Source: Fusobacteriaceae bacterium UBA2433
GTDB lineage: Bacteria; Fusobacteriota; Fusobacteriia; Fusobacteriales; Fusobacteriaceae
NCBI GenBank assembly: GCA_002342785.1
Contig: DDQV01000122.1
Coordinates: 18,752-82,751 of the forward strand
Direction of reading: 5' to 3'
Length of the DNA stretch: 64,000 nt
Every line of letters starts with the position of its first letter. Positions within the stretch are counted from its first letter, which is position 1. Below are positions 25,165 through 35,064 of the stretch, piece after piece. The position numbers and the translations under genes were made by a program. The notes beneath the pieces were generated by a model. The model made no database searches, was not told where the DNA came from, and worked only from the letters and a program-made list of their open reading frames with translations.

Positions 25165-26889
25165 TTATAATTTTTTCATTTCTTCCATTAATTTTTGATC
25201 TTTATAATCATAGATTACTCTATCTTTTACTTTATCTAAATTAGCTTCTTCATATTTTATTTCCTTTGTCTTTTGGAATGCATAGATCCCTTTTTCAGTT
25301 TTTATTATATTAATTTTATCCAATTCAGATTGAAATATCCCATCTGCTAATTGGTCATCATAACCTAAAAGTTTTATATAACCATCTTTTTTTATATCTA
25401 AAAATTCTGAAACTTTATATTTTGAATATCCTTTTTCACTAGCTTCCCCAAAAGTTAATTTATTACTATTTAACTCCTCAACTACATTTTTAGCTGTTTC
25501 CATTACCTTTTCAAAAGTTTTTTCTCCAGCATTTATTTTTATTAAAATATGAGAAGCTTTAACTTGAGCTTTTTCTTTATTTTTATCTTCTACAAAAATA
25601 ATATGATATCCAAATTTTGATTTAACTATCTCTGGATATACTTTTCCTACTTCACCTTTAAAAGCTACAGTTTCAAATTCAGGAATCATTTGACCCTTTC
25701 CAAACCATCCTAACTCTCCACCATTTGGTGCACTTGGTCCCTCTGAGTATTTTTTTGCCATCTCAGAAAAATTAGTAGAGCTAACCTCTTTTAAAATTTT
25801 ATTAGATTTTTCTTTTGCTTTTTCCATATCTAAATCTGTTGGTTCTACAACAAAATTAATAATATTTGCATCAACACTAGCATCTATATCATATTTTTCT
25901 TTGTTTTCTTTAAAAAACTTTTTAATTTCTAGATCATCTACAACAATATTTTCTCTAATATTATCTAAAAGTTGCAATTTAAGATCCATTATTTGATCCA
26001 TAGTAGGAAAAGTTTCATTCTTTATAATGCCTCTATCCATTGCGATTTTTGCAAACTTTATCTCATTTTTTATATTAGCTATAGATTTAATTTTTGCTTC
26101 ATTATAATCTTTAACCCCATAAAAAGATTGGTATAGCGCACCTTTTATTATATCGGTACTCACTATCTCAAATCCATCTTTTTCAAACTCTATAGTTGGC
26201 ATAATATTACCATAATTTTCTCTAATATCTTCTATTTTTAATTCTTTTTTAGCTTTTTCTACTAATCTAAGTAGCTCTTTATTTCCATTTTCTTCCTTTA
26301 TTTTTTTCTCAATAAGAGATTTTGATTCCTCATATGTTTTACCTAAATAATCACTATACTTATCCTTCTCATATTGAGCTAATTTCTCTTCCTCTGTAAC
26401 TTTAATTTTTTCTATTATTTTTTCTCTAGTTTTTTCAACTAATATAGAAGCTTTTATAGATTTTTTAAATGTTTTTGTAGTATAACCTTGGGCAGTTAAC
26501 ATCCTCTTAAATTGATCTTTATCTGGAATTTGTGTCTCTATAGCTCCAATTTTTACCTCTATATCTGAGCTACTTACTTTAACTTTAAGATCTTTTCCTA
26601 TCTCTTTTAAAATTTCATTATTTATAATATTTTCTACTGCTAACATCTTAGAATCTTCTCTATCTATAGGAGTAGTAAAATATTGACCATATTGATTACT
26701 TACGTTATTAATTCCTCTTTCTAGTTCAGAAATTGCAATTTTATTTCCATTTAATTTAAATGCATATTGTTTATTTTTTAATCCCATGCTAATATTACTA
26801 ACTATAACGGTTAGCATAGAGATGAAAAACCCTATTGTAATCATCCAAATTACAGGTTTCATCTTTTTTCTTAAATTTCTAATTGCCAT
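25165..26889 (-). CDS. SurA/PpiD-like parvulin peptidylprolyl isomerase, membrane anchored
   Basis: N-terminal TM segment and SurA-N-like region; rotamase F...A.KYSE.PSA..GG.LGWF..GQM.PEFE..AF...S.FGYHII. Confidence 0.9.
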   Translation of the reverse strand: MAIRNLRKKMKPVIWMITIGFFISMLTVIVSNISMGLKNKQYAFKLNGNKIAISELERGINNVSNQYGQYFTTPIDREDSKMLAVENIINNEILKEIGKDLKVKVSSSDIEVKIGAIETQIPDKDQFKRMLTAQGYTTKTFKKSIKASILVEKTREKIIEKIKVTEEEKLAQYEKDKYSDYLGKTYEESKSLIEKKIKEENGNKELLRLVEKAKKELKIEDIRENYGNIMPTIEFEKDGFEIVSTDIIKGALYQSFYGVKDYNEAKIKSIANIKNEIKFAKIAMDRGIIKNETFPTMDQIMDLKLQLLDNIRENIVVDDLEIKKFFKENKEKYDIDASVDANIINFVVEPTDLDMEKAKEKSNKILKEVSSTNFSEMAKKYSEGPSAPNGGELGWFGKGQMIPEFETVAFKGEVGKVYPEIVKSKFGYHIIFVEDKNKEKAQVKASHILIKINAGEKTFEKVMETAKNVVEELNSNKLTFGEASEKGYSKYKVSEFLDIKKDGYIKLLGYDDQLADGIFQSELDKINIIKTEKGIYAFQKTKEIKYEEANLDKVKDRVIYDYKDQKLMEEMKKL

Positions 26890-26915
26890 TATATTTCCCC
26901 CATTTCTTTTTTATA

Positions 26916-28304
26916 TTATCCTTTTTGATCTAATTTATATCTTCTTATTTTTTCATATAATGTTGTTCTACCTATTCCTAATAATTTTGCTGTCTCTTGT
27001 TTATTCCATCTAGTTTTTTGTAATGCTGTGGCTATTACTACTTTTTCAACATCTGCCAAGTTGTAAAGTTCCTTTTCTAATATTTCTTTTAATGGTCCAA
27101 GTCCAATTATTGTTTTATTCTCAAGTGTATCTGATTTCATCTTAATCTCTAATGGTAGATCTTCAATTCCAATTACTTTATCAGTTGATAGTATAATCAT
27201 CCTTTCAATTATATTTTTTAATTCCCTGATATTTCCAGGATATGAATATTCCATAAGATATTTCATTGTATCACTTGATATAATAGGCATCTCTCTATGG
27301 ATATCTATAACTATTTTATTTAAGAAATAATTAGCTAATAGTGGAATATCATCTTTTCTTTCTCTTAATGGTGCCATTTCAATTGGAAAAGCTGTTAATC
27401 TATGATATAGATCACTTCTAAATTTTCCACTCTCAACTTCTTGTTTAAGATTTTTATTTGTAGAAACAATAAATCTAATATTTACTTTTTTAGTTTTATT
27501 TCCTCCTACCCTTCTAAATTCACCGTATTCTATCACTCTAAGTAATTTTGCTTGAGCTTTGATATCTAAACCTGTAATTTCATCTAAGAATACAGTTCCT
27601 CCATCGGCTTCCTCTAAGATCCCTACTTTACCAGATCCAGATCCTGGGAAAACATCCCTTTCATATCCAAATAATTCTGACTCAATTATATCTGAAGACA
27701 TAGAAGCACAATTAATTACCATAAAACTTTTCTTTCTTCTATCAGATTTTTTATAGATCTCTGCAGCAATTAATTCTTTTCCTACACCATTTTCTCCACT
27801 AACAAGAACAGTAAGATCACTCTCAGCTATCTTATCTATCAAGTTTTTTATCTCTTTTATCTTAGTACTTTGTCCAACAATTTCTTTTATTTCCTCTGTA
27901 TCTGATAGTTTCTTCTCTAATTTTCTTTTTTCCTTTAATACAGATAAATTTTGTAAAGCTGGAAAAATTAATTTATTAAATTCTTTTATGCATAAAGGTT
28001 TTAATAAATAATTATATATCTCGGCACCCCTTAAGTCCTTTAATACCTCGTCTGTTTCTTCCTCTATTAATCCTACTACTACAAAATCTTTTCCTATACC
28101 ATTTAGTTTTCTTCTTACCTCTGTAAAAGTAAACCATGTCATATTTTGATCCAATAAAATAATATCAAAATCACTTTCCCTCAACATATCTAAACCATCT
28201 AAAAAATTATTAAAAGTAATTACTTCATACTCACCTAATAACTCTTTTCTTACTTGTTTTAAAATTTCTTTTCTCTCAGAAATTGCTAAAATCGATTTTT
28301 TCAC
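26916..28304 (-). CDS. NtrC/Fis-family regulator (receiver-like + AAA+ + HTH) with degenerate sigma54-contact loop
   Basis: GENGVGKE, ADGGTVFLDEI, FRSDLYHRL, YSYPGNIREL, Fis HTH TA.LLGIGRTTLY; likely GTG start at 28304 after GGGAGGG. Confidence 0.9.
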   Translation of the reverse strand: MKKSILAISERKEILKQVRKELLGEYEVITFNNFLDGLDMLRESDFDIILLDQNMTWFTFTEVRRKLNGIGKDFVVVGLIEEETDEVLKDLRGAEIYNYLLKPLCIKEFNKLIFPALQNLSVLKEKRKLEKKLSDTEEIKEIVGQSTKIKEIKNLIDKIAESDLTVLVSGENGVGKELIAAEIYKKSDRRKKSFMVINCASMSSDIIESELFGYERDVFPGSGSGKVGILEEADGGTVFLDEITGLDIKAQAKLLRVIEYGEFRRVGGNKTKKVNIRFIVSTNKNLKQEVESGKFRSDLYHRLTAFPIEMAPLRERKDDIPLLANYFLNKIVIDIHREMPIISSDTMKYLMEYSYPGNIRELKNIIERMIILSTDKVIGIEDLPLEIKMKSDTLENKTIIGLGPLKEILEKELYNLADVEKVVIATALQKTRWNKQETAKLLGIGRTTLYEKIRRYKLDQKG

Positions 28305-28343
28305 AATATCCCTCCCATAATTCTTAATTTTTTCATTCACTGT

Positions 28344-28372
28344 ATTATAATCAATCAAGTGTCAAATTTCAA
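28344..28372 (-). promoter_or_regulatory. sigma70 promoter of the regulator-PPIase operon
   Basis: TTGAAA-N17-TATAAT. Confidence 0.65.
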
Positions 28373-28518
28373 GACTTTTTTATTTTTTTTTGTTTTTTTT
28401 GAAACATATTTCCAATTTCATTACACAAGGTCAATAATAATCATTAATTTTAAATTAAAATATTTTAAATTAAATTCCACATCTGTATAATTATTAGATT
28501 TTAAATTCTCAAAAATTT

Positions 28519-28546
28519 AAAATGAGAGTGATAAACACCCTCATTT
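28519..28546 (-). terminator. Terminator of the RND operon
   Basis: AAATGAGAGTG/CACCCTCATTT stem just after the last gene's stop. Confidence 0.6.
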
Positions 28547-28549
28547 CAT

Positions 28550-28864
28550 CTAAATATTAATATATTCTAGAGCTCTTACTGAAATGTCAAAAGTAATATT
28601 ATAATCCAAACTTTCTTTTAATTTTGAAAATTTTTCTACTAATTCATAACATCTTTTCTTTTCTGCTATAACTAATAATACTTCATCTTCTCCAGGCCAA
28701 ACATGGGTATTAAGATGTTTTATGCCTTTTTGCCAAGACACTTTTAATTTTGGGATAATAGCATATTTTATAACATCACTGTCTTTTAACGTATCTAATA
28801 TTATATCTTCCAAAGACCCATCAAACAATACTCTAAGTTCTTTATAGTCACCCTTTAATTCCAT
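28550..28864 (-). CDS. PG0541-family, P-II-like transporter-associated small protein
   Basis: HLNTHVWPG motif; about 100 aa; last gene of the RND operon. Confidence 0.65.
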   Translation of the reverse strand: MELKGDYKELRVLFDGSLEDIILDTLKDSDVIKYAIIPKLKVSWQKGIKHLNTHVWPGEDEVLLVIAEKKRCYELVEKFSKLKESLDYNITFDISVRALEYINI

Positions 28865-28886
28865 AGAAGCTCCCCCTTTTTTTTAA

Positions 28887-31800
28887 TTATTTTTTAAATT
28901 TAACTCTTATCTTATCCATTCCATTTTCTACTAATTCATAGAGGACTGGTATTACTATTAAAGTTAATAATGTAGAAACCATAAGTCCAAAAATTACAGC
29001 TATAGCCATACTTTGATAAGTTTCAGACCCTTGACCTATTCCTAATGCCAAAGGCATCATCCCTAACATAGTTGTCAAACTTGTCATAAAAATTGGTCGT
29101 AATCTTGTTCTTCCTGCTTCTAATATTGCTTCCCTTCTTTCGCTTCCCCTTGCAATTAATAATTTTATATAATCTATTAAAACTAAAGCATTATTAACTA
29201 CTATACCAGCTAACATTATAATTCCTACCATTACCATTACATTAAATTCTTTACCTGTAATTACTAAGCCTGCATATACTCCCATTATAGAAAGAGGTAC
29301 AGATCCCATTATTATAAATGGCAATATCAATGATTCAAATTGAGAAGCTAATATTACAAAGATTAAAAATATTGCTATCAACATAGAATTTTTTAATTGA
29401 CCCATCATCTCTATCCTTCTTTTATTATCTCCACCAAATCTATAAGTTACAGTGTTTGGCATCCCTAATTTGTCTATTTTTTCTGCAATTAATTTTTCTA
29501 CTATCTTACTATTATTTCCACCTTTTAAATTAGCACTTAAAGTTATCTTTCTAACCCTATTTAATTTTTCTTGTTCTGCTGGTCCTTCGGCTATTTTTAT
29601 AGAAGCAACATCTGAAAGTTGTATAATATCTCCAGAATCTAATTTTAATTTACTCGTCATCAACTTAGATAATGATTTTCTATATTCATCAGGCATCATT
29701 ACATTCACTTCTATCTCTTCTAAATCAGTTTTAAGATCTATAGGATTTGATCCCAACACTTGATAAAAAATTACTTTATTTATATCTGCTGGTCTTATAC
29801 CATAATATCTAGCCTTTTCTCTGTCTACTACTATTCTAGCTTCTGGATTTCCTCCAGTCAAACTCGTTTTAAAGTCACCTATTTCTGGCATATTTTTCAT
29901 CTCGGCAAAAACTAATTCAGAAAATTTGTCTAATTGTCCTGCATTATCTGATATAAGATCTAATTGAATATCCCTTCCGCTACTGTCTGGACCTTTAGCA
30001 TATCCATCAGCTACATTTAAGTCTACATCTGGAATACCTTTTAATTTTTCCCTTATAATATCTGTTATCTCAAAAACCGATCTATCCCTGTCTTTTCTTA
30101 GATCCAATTTTACATTTATAGAGAACCCGTCATTTTCTACTGAGGTTTCAATATTTTTTGTATATTTATCTTTCTCTAATATTTTTTCAACTCTTCTTGT
30201 AATAGAATCAACTTTATCCAAAGTAACTCCAGATGGTGTTTCCCCTGTTACTACATATACATTATCATCTGTAGCAGGTAAAAAACCTCCTCCAACTATC
30301 TTAATACTAGGTATTACTACTGCAAAAAACATTATTATTACTATTAACACTGTCTTTAATTTATGTTTCAGTGTTAAAGATAATAATTTTATATATTTAT
30401 TTTTTATAAAGGTAAGTAATTTACCATCTTGAACTTCTACAACCTTTTCCTTTAATATTTTATTTGATATCATCGGTACAAATGTCATAGCAACTAAAAG
30501 TGATGCTAATAATGAAAAAGTTACAGACCACGACATTCCCCAAAAAACTTCCTTGGCTAATCCTTCGGTCATTACTATTGGTAAAAACACTGCAACCGTA
30601 GTTGCTGTAGAAGCTACTATTGGTACTAACATCTCTGCAGCTCCATCTCTAGCAGATTCAAATTTTGGTTTTTTTAATTCTGTCATATGTCTATAAATAT
30701 TATCTAAAACTACTACTCCATTATCTACTAACATCCCAACCCCTAGAGATAAACCCATGAGAGATATTATATTTAAACCCACTCCTATACTATTTAATAG
30801 AAAAAATGATCCTATAATAGATAATGGTATTGCCATAGCAATAACTAGAGTAGCTCTAATATCTTTTAAAAATATAAAAAGTACTATTGAAGCAAGGATC
30901 AATCCTGCTATAGCATTATTTTTTACATTGTTTATAGAATTAGATATATCTGTAGATGTATCATAAGATACGCTTAATTTAATGTCTGATGGTAGTATCT
31001 GGGATAAAGATTTAATTGCTTCCTTTACACCTTCTGAAATTGCTACAGAATTCCCGTCTGTTGATTTTTCTACAGATATCGAGATGGAAGGTGTTCCATT
31101 CATCCTATTATAACTCTCTACATCTTTATTTCCTAATTTTACATTAGCTACATCTTTTAGATATAAAACTTCACCATTTTTATTACTAACTACTATATTT
31201 TGTACTTCTTCAACAGTTTTTAATTCTGTCATGACCTTAATAAGATATCTTTTTTCCCCTTCTTCCACAGTTCCAGCTGGAATATTAGTACTTGATTGTC
31301 CAATTATATTATAGAGATCATCGATATTTATTCCATAGGATTCTATCTTAATTGGATCTACTTCTACCTTTACTTCCTTTTCATATCCACCATAAACTTC
31401 CACACTTCCAACACCTAAAATTTGTTGAAATCTTGGCTTAATCCTATTTTCTGCCAAACTTTTAGCAGTTATTAAATCTTTAGATGATACTGTAACAGAG
31501 ATTACAGTTTCTCCCCCTGGTTGAACTTTTTTTACTACGGGAGTATCTATATCTGATGGCAAATCATTTCTAATATTATTTAATTCCGTTTGTACATCAG
31601 TTACTTTCTTATCTGTGTCTGTTCCATAATCAAATTCTAAAACAACAAAGGATGAATTTTCAGATGAAGTTGAGTTCATCTCTTTTATTCCCTCTATATT
31701 TGGCATAACTTCTTCTATTTTTCTAGTAACCAAACTATCCATATCTTCTGGAGTAGCTCCTACCCAAGTAGTCCTAATCAATACTACAGGAACATTCATA

Positions 31801-31916
31801 TTTGGCATCAAATCTACTGGCATGTTTTTTAATCCTAATAAACCCATTCCTACCATGGTTATCATAAGCATAATAACTGAAACAGGTCTTCTTATTGCAA
31901 TTGATGATATAGACAT
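28887..31916 (-). CDS. RND efflux permease (AcrB/AcrD/AcrF family)
   Basis: IRRPV N-terminus, PVDLMP, GMLVDN, R.RLRPI.MT.LTT..G..PLA; 1009 aa. Confidence 0.95.
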   Translation of the reverse strand: MSISSIAIRRPVSVIMLMITMVGMGLLGLKNMPVDLMPNMNVPVVLIRTTWVGATPEDMDSLVTRKIEEVMPNIEGIKEMNSTSSENSSFVVLEFDYGTDTDKKVTDVQTELNNIRNDLPSDIDTPVVKKVQPGGETVISVTVSSKDLITAKSLAENRIKPRFQQILGVGSVEVYGGYEKEVKVEVDPIKIESYGINIDDLYNIIGQSSTNIPAGTVEEGEKRYLIKVMTELKTVEEVQNIVVSNKNGEVLYLKDVANVKLGNKDVESYNRMNGTPSISISVEKSTDGNSVAISEGVKEAIKSLSQILPSDIKLSVSYDTSTDISNSINNVKNNAIAGLILASIVLFIFLKDIRATLVIAMAIPLSIIGSFFLLNSIGVGLNIISLMGLSLGVGMLVDNGVVVLDNIYRHMTELKKPKFESARDGAAEMLVPIVASTATTVAVFLPIVMTEGLAKEVFWGMSWSVTFSLLASLLVAMTFVPMISNKILKEKVVEVQDGKLLTFIKNKYIKLLSLTLKHKLKTVLIVIIMFFAVVIPSIKIVGGGFLPATDDNVYVVTGETPSGVTLDKVDSITRRVEKILEKDKYTKNIETSVENDGFSINVKLDLRKDRDRSVFEITDIIREKLKGIPDVDLNVADGYAKGPDSSGRDIQLDLISDNAGQLDKFSELVFAEMKNMPEIGDFKTSLTGGNPEARIVVDREKARYYGIRPADINKVIFYQVLGSNPIDLKTDLEEIEVNVMMPDEYRKSLSKLMTSKLKLDSGDIIQLSDVASIKIAEGPAEQEKLNRVRKITLSANLKGGNNSKIVEKLIAEKIDKLGMPNTVTYRFGGDNKRRIEMMGQLKNSMLIAIFLIFVILASQFESLILPFIIMGSVPLSIMGVYAGLVITGKEFNVMVMVGIIMLAGIVVNNALVLIDYIKLLIARGSERREAILEAGRTRLRPIFMTSLTTMLGMMPLALGIGQGSETYQSMAIAVIFGLMVSTLLTLIVIPVLYELVENGMDKIRVKFKK

Positions 31917-31926
31917 CTTTGTCCTC

Positions 31927-33051
31927 CTACTTCTCTTCCTTTATATAATCTCCATCGTTTAAAGAATATTGCCCTACAACAACTACTTTATTTAATTCTT
32001 TTAAATCGGGATTTATTACTTCATAATTTTTTCCATTAGAAACACCTAACTCTACCCTTTTTTTTCTAGCTACTAACATCTCCTTTGCTTCTTTTTTTTC
32101 ATTTTCTTCAAAGTCAACTTTTTCTTTATTTATTATAAATATATATGAATATAACTCCTCGATAATTACCGCTTCCTTAGGAACTAATATCCCCTCTTTT
32201 TTCCCAGTATATAGTTCTACCCTAGAAAACATACCTTGTTTATATTTAGAATCTTTATTTTTTATCTTTATCTTTACCTCAAATTTTCTAGTAGATAGAT
32301 CAGCAATTGGATTTATCTCATATAATATTCCTTTTATAGGTTCTAAAGAACCTTCCACATAAACGTTAGCTAACGCGCCTATTTTTAATCCAATCACATC
32401 TTTAGATGAAACTCCACTTAAAATTCTTAAATTATTATTATCTACTATTTTAAATAACGGTAGCTCTTTTTCTATATTTTGATATAATTTTAAATCTAGA
32501 TTAGCTATTGTCCCATCTATCTTTGCTTTTACAGTAAGATCATTATAATCTTTTTTATTTGACAAAAATGATGCCTTAGCCGATCTATATGTTCCCTCAC
32601 TAGAAGACAATTTATTTTTAATATCTAAGAATTCTTCCTCTGAAATTAATTTTTCATCGTAAAGAATTTTATATTTATTATATGTATTTTTTTGTTTATT
32701 ATAATCTGCTTTAGCTGAAATTAATCTAGCTTCTGAATCCAAATATGCAGATTTTACATCTTGACTTTCAAGTACCAATACTATATCTCCTATCTTTACT
32801 TGATCTCCATTTTTATAATTTATTTTTACAACATCAACTCTATTTTTTGTAACTTCTTCTACCTCGTTTATAGAATCTAAAGACCCTGATGACACTGAAA
32901 CTTTGTCTATTTCACTTAAAACTGCATCTATTGTCCTTACACTTTTATAATTAATTTCCTCTTTAACCGAATTAATTTCCTCTTTTTTCCCACAAGCTAC
33001 CAAACTTAATCCTATAAATAGCATCGCTATTTGTTTTACTATTTTATTCAT
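31927..33051 (-). CDS. RND periplasmic adaptor (membrane fusion protein), lipoprotein
   Basis: Lipobox LVAC; V.A.IDG.I; GMF..V...; VP..AV. Confidence 0.92.
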   Translation of the reverse strand: MNKIVKQIAMLFIGLSLVACGKKEEINSVKEEINYKSVRTIDAVLSEIDKVSVSSGSLDSINEVEEVTKNRVDVVKINYKNGDQVKIGDIVLVLESQDVKSAYLDSEARLISAKADYNKQKNTYNKYKILYDEKLISEEEFLDIKNKLSSSEGTYRSAKASFLSNKKDYNDLTVKAKIDGTIANLDLKLYQNIEKELPLFKIVDNNNLRILSGVSSKDVIGLKIGALANVYVEGSLEPIKGILYEINPIADLSTRKFEVKIKIKNKDSKYKQGMFSRVELYTGKKEGILVPKEAVIIEELYSYIFIINKEKVDFEENEKKEAKEMLVARKKRVELGVSNGKNYEVINPDLKELNKVVVVGQYSLNDGDYIKEEK

Positions 33052-33117
33052 TTTATCCTCCCAATATACATTGCATAATTTATAATCTAAAAATATTATC
33101 TACTTATATAATTCATT

Positions 33118-34383
33118 TTATTTTAAGTCTTCTAAATATTTTTCATATGCATAGTAATAATCCAACTTGTTTTTAATCAGAGATAATTTAATATCATTTA
33201 ATTGTGTTTCATATATCAAATAATCTGTTATAGATATAATACCTTCATTATATTTTCTTTTTTGTAGATCATAATTTTCTTGTGTAGCATCTAATTCTGC
33301 CTCTCCAGCTTCGATCTTCCCATTTAATTTAACTAATTCAATATAATTAGTTCTAATAGTTACTCTTAGGTCATCTAGTGTTTCTCTTTTTGTATTTTCA
33401 GATTTTTTAGTTTCATTTTTAGATCTTGCATAAGCATCCCAAGATTTTCCAAAATCAAATAACATCCAATTAATTTCTACACCAGCAGTCCAATACCATT
33501 TATCACTAGAGTCATTCAAATGACGATCTTCAGCACTATAAGATAACTTCGCATTTATTTGTGGCAATAAATTTGCTCTAGATAATTTTTCTTGTTTTTC
33601 TACTATATCGGTATTTAACTGAGAAATTCTACTCTCCTTATTATTTGAAAGAGCATAGTTTATATCTGCATCAATATCTATAAGATCTAAATCGTATTTT
33701 TCATATTTTAAACTTTTCAATTCTATATCTTGATCTACTGGAAATCCAATAATATTTTTAAATTGAATGATATATATTTCCCCTTGATTTTGTGCTTCGA
33801 CTAGATCAGTTTCTATAGATATGACCTTTGTTTTAAGAGGTAGATAATCAGATTTAGATATCAGATTTAATTCATATTTTCTCTTTGCTTGATTATATGC
33901 ACTCTTAACTTCTTCTAAAGATATTTCATATACTTTTATAGCTTCCACTTGAGCTAATATTTTTAAATATGCTTCTATAACTTCTAACTTTAGTTGACTC
34001 TTACTTTTAGTAAGTTGATATTTCATTAGTTCTTGAGATATCTTAGCAATTTCAATTCCTGTAATTACTGTTCCACCATTATAAATTGGTTGACTAATTC
34101 CAAATACATGATTGAATTTTTGATCACTTTCACTCCCATCCATTAATCCAAGCTCATTATCTTTTCCTGTAGCAATATATCCACCACTATAATCTAATTT
34201 AGGTGCAGCTGATTTATACCCTTCTAAAACTTGTAGATCAATATTTTCTTGATCAATTTTTACATTTTGATATTCATAATTATTTTCATAAGCAATATTT
34301 AACGCTTCATTTAAATTTATTTTTTCTGAACCCCATAGGGTAGATGCCATCAATATTAACATCAAACTTATTACTTTCTTCAT
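33118..34383 (-). CDS. TolC-family outer membrane protein
   Basis: Signal peptide; QPIYNGG; two OEP repeats; WMLFDFG. Confidence 0.9.
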   Translation of the reverse strand: MKKVISLMLILMASTLWGSEKINLNEALNIAYENNYEYQNVKIDQENIDLQVLEGYKSAAPKLDYSGGYIATGKDNELGLMDGSESDQKFNHVFGISQPIYNGGTVITGIEIAKISQELMKYQLTKSKSQLKLEVIEAYLKILAQVEAIKVYEISLEEVKSAYNQAKRKYELNLISKSDYLPLKTKVISIETDLVEAQNQGEIYIIQFKNIIGFPVDQDIELKSLKYEKYDLDLIDIDADINYALSNNKESRISQLNTDIVEKQEKLSRANLLPQINAKLSYSAEDRHLNDSSDKWYWTAGVEINWMLFDFGKSWDAYARSKNETKKSENTKRETLDDLRVTIRTNYIELVKLNGKIEAGEAELDATQENYDLQKRKYNEGIISITDYLIYETQLNDIKLSLIKNKLDYYYAYEKYLEDLK

Positions 34384-34409
34384 TTTTTTCTCCTTCTTAT
34401 CAAAAATAA

Positions 34410-34991
34410 TTAATCTTCATCCTTCAGTCCTATACCTTTACAAAATTTTTCAAAAGATTCATTGGATATTTTTTCATTGTAAGGTTCCTTCATAATATAA
34501 AAATACTCCCCTGTAAATATACAAGCTCCAATAAAATTTAATATTAACATCAATTCATTAGAATTTTTTATACCCTTTTTTTCTATAATTTTTGTAAAAA
34601 TATCAGATAGAGGTTTATAATGTTTATAAATTTCTATTTTTGTGTCATCACTTATAAAACTAGAATCACTAAAATAACGACCAAATCTTCTTTTATAAGG
34701 ATTATTTATTCTCCATATAATTGAATTTTCCCAAATTTTTTTTAATTTTTTTTTAGAATTTTTTTCTTCATCTAAATTTTTAAAAAAATAATTTTGCTGT
34801 TCTAACTCTATATCTTTATAGACTTCGTTTATCAAAATATCCTTAGTTTTAAAATAATTAAATAAAGTTCCTGTAGCAACTCCAGATTCCTTAGCTATCA
34901 TACTTGTTGGTGTCCCGTGAAATCCTCTCTCTACAAAAAGTTTTAATGACACTTCTATTATTTTTTTTCTTTTTTTTCTTTTGTTATCCAT
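34410..34991 (-). CDS. TetR/AcrR-family transcriptional regulator
   Basis: LFVERGFHGT.TS.IAKESGVATGTLFNYFKTKD HTH. Confidence 0.95.
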   Translation of the reverse strand: MDNKRKKRKKIIEVSLKLFVERGFHGTPTSMIAKESGVATGTLFNYFKTKDILINEVYKDIELEQQNYFFKNLDEEKNSKKKLKKIWENSIIWRINNPYKRRFGRYFSDSSFISDDTKIEIYKHYKPLSDIFTKIIEKKGIKNSNELMLILNFIGACIFTGEYFYIMKEPYNEKISNESFEKFCKGIGLKDED

Positions 34992-34998
34992 TTTTCCT

Positions 34999-35034
34999 CC
35001 TTATAAAAATGACTGACTAGTCATTTTTATAAGG
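34999..35034. promoter_or_regulatory. Probable TetR operator
   Basis: Perfect 16-bp inverted repeat CCTTATAAAAATGACT-gact-AGTCATTTTTATAAGG between the -10 box and the RBS. Confidence 0.8.
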
Positions 35035-35035
35035 A

Positions 35036-35064
35036 AGTATATAACAATATATCTATAAAGTCAA
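35036..35064 (-). promoter_or_regulatory. sigma70 promoter of the tetR-RND operon
   Basis: TTGACT-N17-TATACT. Confidence 0.8.

Noticed and set aside
28305-28358. N-terminal extension of the NtrC-like regulator given by the ORF track
   Set aside because: The TTG at 28358 lies inside a predicted promoter; the GTG at 28304 has a strong RBS
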